Of a DNA stretch of 64,000 nt, positions 59,885 through 64,000 are shown in pieces (the first letter of the stretch is position 1; each line of letters opens with the position of its first letter). The stretch covers positions 248,001-312,000 of the forward strand of contig NZ_JABEZU010000003.1 of the NCBI RefSeq assembly GCF_013149785.1, given 5' to 3'. Origin of the DNA: Isoptericola halotolerans. Lineage in GTDB: Bacteria > Actinomycetota > Actinomycetes > Actinomycetales > Cellulomonadaceae. Both the position numbers and the translations under genes were made by a program. The notes beneath the pieces were generated by a model. The model did no database searches. It was not told where the DNA came from and worked only from the letters and a program-made list of their open reading frames with translations.

Positions 59885-61321
59885 ATGGCCAAGAACCTGC
59901 GCACCGAGATCGCGCTTCCCACGCTGCGGATCAGCGTGGACCTCGCGAGGGCCGACGCCGTCTTCGCGACGGCGCACGACCGTGCACGCCCGCAGGAGGT
60001 GGCACGGTGCCCGCTGCGGGACCTGGGGCTGCCGAGCTCGGTCGACGGTCCGGTGGCCGACGCCGCACTCACCGTCCCGGCGGAGGTCGTCGCGCGCCTG
60101 GATCGCGCCGCCCGCGAGCTCGGCACCTCTCCCCTCCCCCCGGCCCAGGCACTGTGGCTGGAGTTCCCGGCGCCGCGCGGCCTGGTCCACGTCCTGCCCT
60201 GGGAGCGGCTCCTCGCGTCGCTGGAGCGGCCGCTGTTCCGTCTGCCCTACCACCCGGTGCGGCCCCAGAAGCCCGGCCCCCGGCTCGACGTCGCGATCTG
60301 CGCCAGCTCACCGTTCCGCACCACCGCCTTCGACCCCGCCGAGGTGCTCGCCCACCTCAGTGCGCAGTACCTGCGCCACGCAGGTCGAGACGTCACCGTG
60401 CACCTGTTCACGGACGCCGCCCACCACGCCGCGACCCGGGCCGCGGTGGAGTCGATGCTGTCCTACGACCACACCCTCGGGGCGTTCGAGCCGCCGATCG
60501 TGCACGAGCCGCCGGGGCGGCCCCGCCACCCGTCGTCCTCCCACGGGTCGCACGCGATCACCAACCCGTGGCTGACCTGGCTCAGCGACGGGGTGGACGG
60601 CGGCAGGCTCGACGTCGTCCACCTGGTCGCGCACGGATCGATGTCGTCGGGCCGCGGCTCGGTGGCACTCGCCACGACGCCCCGGACCGAGCCCGGGACG
60701 ACCCCCGCGAGGTTCGTCGAGGCTGTCGAGCTCGTCGAGCTGCTCACCCGTGTGGGGGCTCTCGGGCTGGCCCTGTCCTCGCCGCCGGGCAACCGCAGCG
60801 CGGCCGGCCTGCGCGAGCTCGCCGACGACGTCGCCCGCGTCCGACCGGGTGTCGCCGCCGTGCACGACCTGGCCGACGACCCCGAGGCTCGCCAGCTCGG
60901 CGCCGCCCTGCGCATGGTGTTCGCACCCTCGCAGGACCAGCACCCGCCGCTGCCGGCGATGGCTGCCTGGGTGCATCCGCTGTTCGTGGGGCGCGGGGGC
61001 CTCGAGGCCTACGCGGACGACGTCGCCGGTCCCCTGCGCGAGCTCACCTCGACGCTCCTGCTCGACGAGGACGGACGGTCGTCCTTCCTGCAGCCCGCGA
61101 CGCGCCGGTCCGCCGCAGAGGTCGACTCCGAGTCGTGGGTGGCGTCCGCGTCGCGCAGCATCGAGCAGCTCCAGATGGCGTGGCTGCCGCCCTCGCTCGA
61201 CCTGCCCGTCGACCGCGCCGCGGTCGAGGCCCTGGACCGCGTGGCGGGCCTTCTCGAACAGCACGCACACCTCGCCTATCCCGACGACCCGGGCGGCGCG
61301 GCAGGGGGAGGTCCCCGATGA
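59885..61321 (+). CDS. CHAT/caspase-fold-like protein, probably catalytically inactive
   Basis: LWLEF..LHVLPWE-type motif (LVHVLPWERLL) and DVVHLVAHG; the expected Cys position reads LALSSPPG. Confidence 0.6.
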   Translation: MAKNLRTEIALPTLRISVDLARADAVFATAHDRARPQEVARCPLRDLGLPSSVDGPVADAALTVPAEVVARLDRAARELGTSPLPPAQALWLEFPAPRGLVHVLPWERLLASLERPLFRLPYHPVRPQKPGPRLDVAICASSPFRTTAFDPAEVLAHLSAQYLRHAGRDVTVHLFTDAAHHAATRAAVESMLSYDHTLGAFEPPIVHEPPGRPRHPSSSHGSHAITNPWLTWLSDGVDGGRLDVVHLVAHGSMSSGRGSVALATTPRTEPGTTPARFVEAVELVELLTRVGALGLALSSPPGNRSAAGLRELADDVARVRPGVAAVHDLADDPEARQLGAALRMVFAPSQDQHPPLPAMAAWVHPLFVGRGGLEAYADDVAGPLRELTSTLLLDEDGRSSFLQPATRRSAAEVDSESWVASASRSIEQLQMAWLPPSLDLPVDRAAVEALDRVAGLLEQHAHLAYPDDPGGAAGGGPR

Positions 61322-62703
61322 GCCGCGTGGTCTTCCAGCTCTCGGCCCTGGGTGACCAGGAGCGACGGTCCACGCGACCCATCGTGCGGCTCGTCGAACC
61401 GGTCGACGACGACGCGGTCGACGAGGAGTTCGACTGCCCCGCCGTCACCGCCCGGGGCGCAGACGTCAACACGCAGGCGGGCGACCGGCTGTACCAGGCG
61501 CTCGCCACGCACCGCTCGCTGCTGGACCACCTGGGGGCGGCACGGGTCAGCACCGACGAGAGGTTCGCGGTGTGCGCCGAGATCCTGCCGCGCAGCGGTG
61601 CGGACACCCTGCCCTGGGAGACCCTCAGGTTCCCCGGGGACGGGCCGTACCTCGCCCTGGAGCCCAAGTACGCCCTCGCCCGGGTGGTCCGCGCGACGGC
61701 GCCTCCGCACCCCCTCTACCAGCTCGTCCCGCCCCTGCGGGTCGTCGCGCTGCTGTCGTGCCTGGGACTGACCGCCGCCGGTGAGCTCGCCCGGCTCCGT
61801 GCCGTCGTGCAGGAGTCCGACGGGATGTTCGAGCTGCTCGTGGTCCTCGGCGAGGCCGACCTCGCGGCGGCCCTGCAGGACGACATCGACGCCGGACGGG
61901 CCCCGGGAGTGGCCGGCGTCCACCTGGTACCCCCGGACCACCACGACCTCGTCGAGCTCGTCAACGCGTTCCGGCCGCACGTGCTGCACCTGTTCTGCCA
62001 CGGCTCGGCCGACTCCGCCCCGCACGTGCGGCTCGCGCTGAAGCAGGACTGGTCCGCCGCCGAACCGGGCATCGGACTCGCTCTGCAGAGGGAGCAGTTC
62101 GCGAAGTTCCGCTGGGACGCCGACGGCGGCCCGTGGCTCGTCGTGCTGAACTGCTGCGAGGGTGCCGCCCCGTCACGCGAGGGTCTGACGTCCCTGGCAC
62201 GCGACCTGGTCAGCTCCGGGGTGGCGCCGGCCGTGATCGGGATGCGCGAGCCGATCACCGGTGCCGTCGCGCACGCGGTGACCCAGGGCCTGTACGGCGC
62301 CCTGCGCCAGGAGCTGTCCTCGAGGACCGCTCGAGCCACCTCGACCTCCACCCCCCTGGACTGGGCGGCTCTCGCCGTCGCGGCACGGCACCGGCTCGTC
62401 TCCGAGTTCAACGTCGCCCGCGGCTCGACGCTGACCACGACGCAGGCCCAGGACCAGAGCCGCGAGTGGACGCTGCCGGCCCTCTACGTGCGCTGGGAGG
62501 AGTTCCAGCTCCAGGTGACCACGGGGACCTCCGAGCCGGGGGCCGAGCGTGCGTGGCGGCTGGAGGTCGCCGCGCTGCAGAGCGTGCTGACCTCGTTGCC
62601 GCCCGGGCAGGGTACGGCGTTCCGGGCTGCGGCCGTCGAGCGGGTCGCGGAGCTCGCCGAGCTGCTCGGGGTCACCCCCGAAGAGCTCGCGGAGGAACCA
62701 TGA
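61318..62703 (+). CDS. CHAT-domain cysteine protease
   Basis: LPWETL, PPLRVVALLS, PHVLHLFCHG (His228), LVVLNCCEG (Cys280), AVIGMREPI, EWTLPALY. Confidence 0.85.
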   Translation: MSRVVFQLSALGDQERRSTRPIVRLVEPVDDDAVDEEFDCPAVTARGADVNTQAGDRLYQALATHRSLLDHLGAARVSTDERFAVCAEILPRSGADTLPWETLRFPGDGPYLALEPKYALARVVRATAPPHPLYQLVPPLRVVALLSCLGLTAAGELARLRAVVQESDGMFELLVVLGEADLAAALQDDIDAGRAPGVAGVHLVPPDHHDLVELVNAFRPHVLHLFCHGSADSAPHVRLALKQDWSAAEPGIGLALQREQFAKFRWDADGGPWLVVLNCCEGAAPSREGLTSLARDLVSSGVAPAVIGMREPITGAVAHAVTQGLYGALRQELSSRTARATSTSTPLDWAALAVAARHRLVSEFNVARGSTLTTTQAQDQSREWTLPALYVRWEEFQLQVTTGTSEPGAERAWRLEVAALQSVLTSLPPGQGTAFRAAAVERVAELAELLGVTPEELAEEP

Positions 62704-64000
62704 GGCGCGGCCCGGCGGTCGACCCGGCCTTCCCTGTCATGACCGACGCGTGGTCCGGGACGGAGCCGGTCACCGGCACCTTCGCACCGGACCTGTCGGC
62801 CTGGCTCGCCGGTGAGTTCAGCACGGCCGAACGGACGGCACGCCCAGCGCCCGCCGACCCCTGGGACTGGAGGCACCCGGACGTCGGCTGGGGCCTTGTC
62901 GCCCGCCAGCCCGAGGGGGCGGGCCGCGACGAGCTCGTGGCGATGGCCGACCTCCCTGAGGACATCCGGCGCCTGGTGACGGCGCGCGGCGGCAGGGTGT
63001 TCCGGTACCAGCCCGGACGCACGTACTCGCAGTGGACGCTCGTCGACCACGAGGGCGACGCCCAGCCGTTCCTGCCGGCCGTCCCGGCCGGGACGGGGGC
63101 CGGCTCGCTCCCCGCGTTCCTGCTCGTCTACGGCAACCCGGCGCAGGTGCCCTGGAGCGTGCAGCTCATGCTCAACCCCGTGCGCCACGTCGGCCGGCTC
63201 GACCTCGAGGGCGTGGCGTTGACCCGCTACGTCGACGCCCTGCTCGGCGAGTGGAGCGAGTCAGCCGCCCGGTGGTCGGCCCCGGTCGTGTGGGCGGTGG
63301 ACCACCGGGCGGGCGAGATCACGACGCTCATGCGCGACGTCGTCGCCGCACCTCTGCACGGCGACATGCAGCAGGACGACGAGCTACGGCCCACCTTCGT
63401 CGACGGCCGGTCCACCGACGCGACGGTGGCTTCTCTCACGGACGCCCTGGCCACCGGCCGGCCCGCCGTCGTCGTCACCAGCAGCCATGGCCAGACCGGC
63501 CCGCTCGACGACCTCGCGGCCATGCGCGCCGACCTCGGCAAGCTCGTCGACCACGACCACGCGCTGCTCGACCCGCAGGAGCTGTTGCGGTCCTGGCAGC
63601 CCGACGGGGCGATCTGGTTCGCGCAGGCCTGCTGCTCCGCCGGGGCGGACGGCCGGTCGGCCTACGAAGGACTCTTCGACGGCGACCTGGCAGCGACGCT
63701 CGACGGCGTCGCACGCCTCGGCCCCGTCACCTCGCCGCTGCCGCGTGCGCTGCTCGGTGCCGACAAGCCCCTGCGGGCCTTCGTCGGACACGTCGAGCCG
63801 ACGTTCAACTGGACGCTCGAGTTCCCACCGAACGCCCAGGAGCTCACCTCCCAGCTCCGCACGGCGCTCTACGAACGACTCTTCCTGGGCCTGCCCGTGG
63901 GGTACGCCATGGAGCCCTTCTACCGGCCTGTCGGCGGGCTTCTCCAGGGGTACCACGCCGCGCGACGGGAGTACCAGAGCACCTTCGGTGCGGCTGCCGC
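62700..64000 (+). CDS. Gingipain/peptidase C25-like clan CD protease (partial, runs off the right edge)
   Basis: Manual translation, open to the window end: VGWGLV, LPAFLLVYGNPAQVPWSVQ, VGRLDL, VVVTSSHG (His263), WFAQACCSAG (Cys311), LPRALL, AFVGHVEP, GLPVGYAM. GGAGG RBS and ATGA overlap. Confidence 0.75.
   Translation, partial: MRRGPAVDPAFPVMTDAWSGTEPVTGTFAPDLSAWLAGEFSTAERTARPAPADPWDWRHPDVGWGLVARQPEGAGRDELVAMADLPEDIRRLVTARGGRVFRYQPGRTYSQWTLVDHEGDAQPFLPAVPAGTGAGSLPAFLLVYGNPAQVPWSVQLMLNPVRHVGRLDLEGVALTRYVDALLGEWSESAARWSAPVVWAVDHRAGEITTLMRDVVAAPLHGDMQQDDELRPTFVDGRSTDATVASLTDALATGRPAVVVTSSHGQTGPLDDLAAMRADLGKLVDHDHALLDPQELLRSWQPDGAIWFAQACCSAGADGRSAYEGLFDGDLAATLDGVARLGPVTSPLPRALLGADKPLRAFVGHVEPTFNWTLEFPPNAQELTSQLRTALYERLFLGLPVGYAMEPFYRPVGGLLQGYHAARREYQSTFGAAA

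Noticed and set aside
60007..61317. N-terminal extension of the CHAT ORF (898 aa)
   Set aside because: It is an Arg/Pro-rich alternative frame of the upstream gene; the true start is ATG 61318 after a GGGGAGG RBS.
1..64000. CRISPR array, rRNA/tRNA, IS transposase, prophage, dif site
   Set aside because: I saw no repeat-spacer periodicity, structural RNA signatures, DDE/HUH motifs, phage structural genes or dif-like TTATGTCAA arm by eye.

Overview
This window is very high-GC actinobacterial chromosome (Micrococcales-like, inferred from rbpA, lnt/ppm1, helY-tatC-tatA-pafC-pafB, DUF3866 and aldR-ald). Most of it is housekeeping and stress genes: an RsbQ/RsbP-type pair, aldR-ald, galE, an LLM monooxygenase with FMN reductase, a MoxR operon, UGPase, ABC exporters, TPP riboswitch-thiD, CNNM/hemolysin genes, a GH3 and ohrR-ohr. 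Five things stand out. (1) At the right edge is a tightly coupled operon of alpha/beta hydrolase, a CHAT-like protein lacking the catalytic Cys, an intact CHAT protease and a gingipain/C25-like protease. The last gene is absent from the ORF track because it runs off the window. This is a candidate clan-CD protease cascade or defence system. (2) An orphan tyrosine integrase carries a peptidoglycan-binding-like insertion inside its catalytic domain, followed by a structured spacer and a KfrA/TnpT-like coiled-coil gene. (3) A truncated tyrosine-recombinase-like gene is bracketed by a 12-bp direct repeat and faces an antisense promoter. (4) A secreted Thermobifida-type cutinase/PETase homologue sits next to a LipR-like regulator. 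(5) Three PAS-ANTAR paralogues are clustered. I saw no rRNA, tRNA, CRISPR array or transposase. All family assignments come from motif recognition by eye, not database searches.
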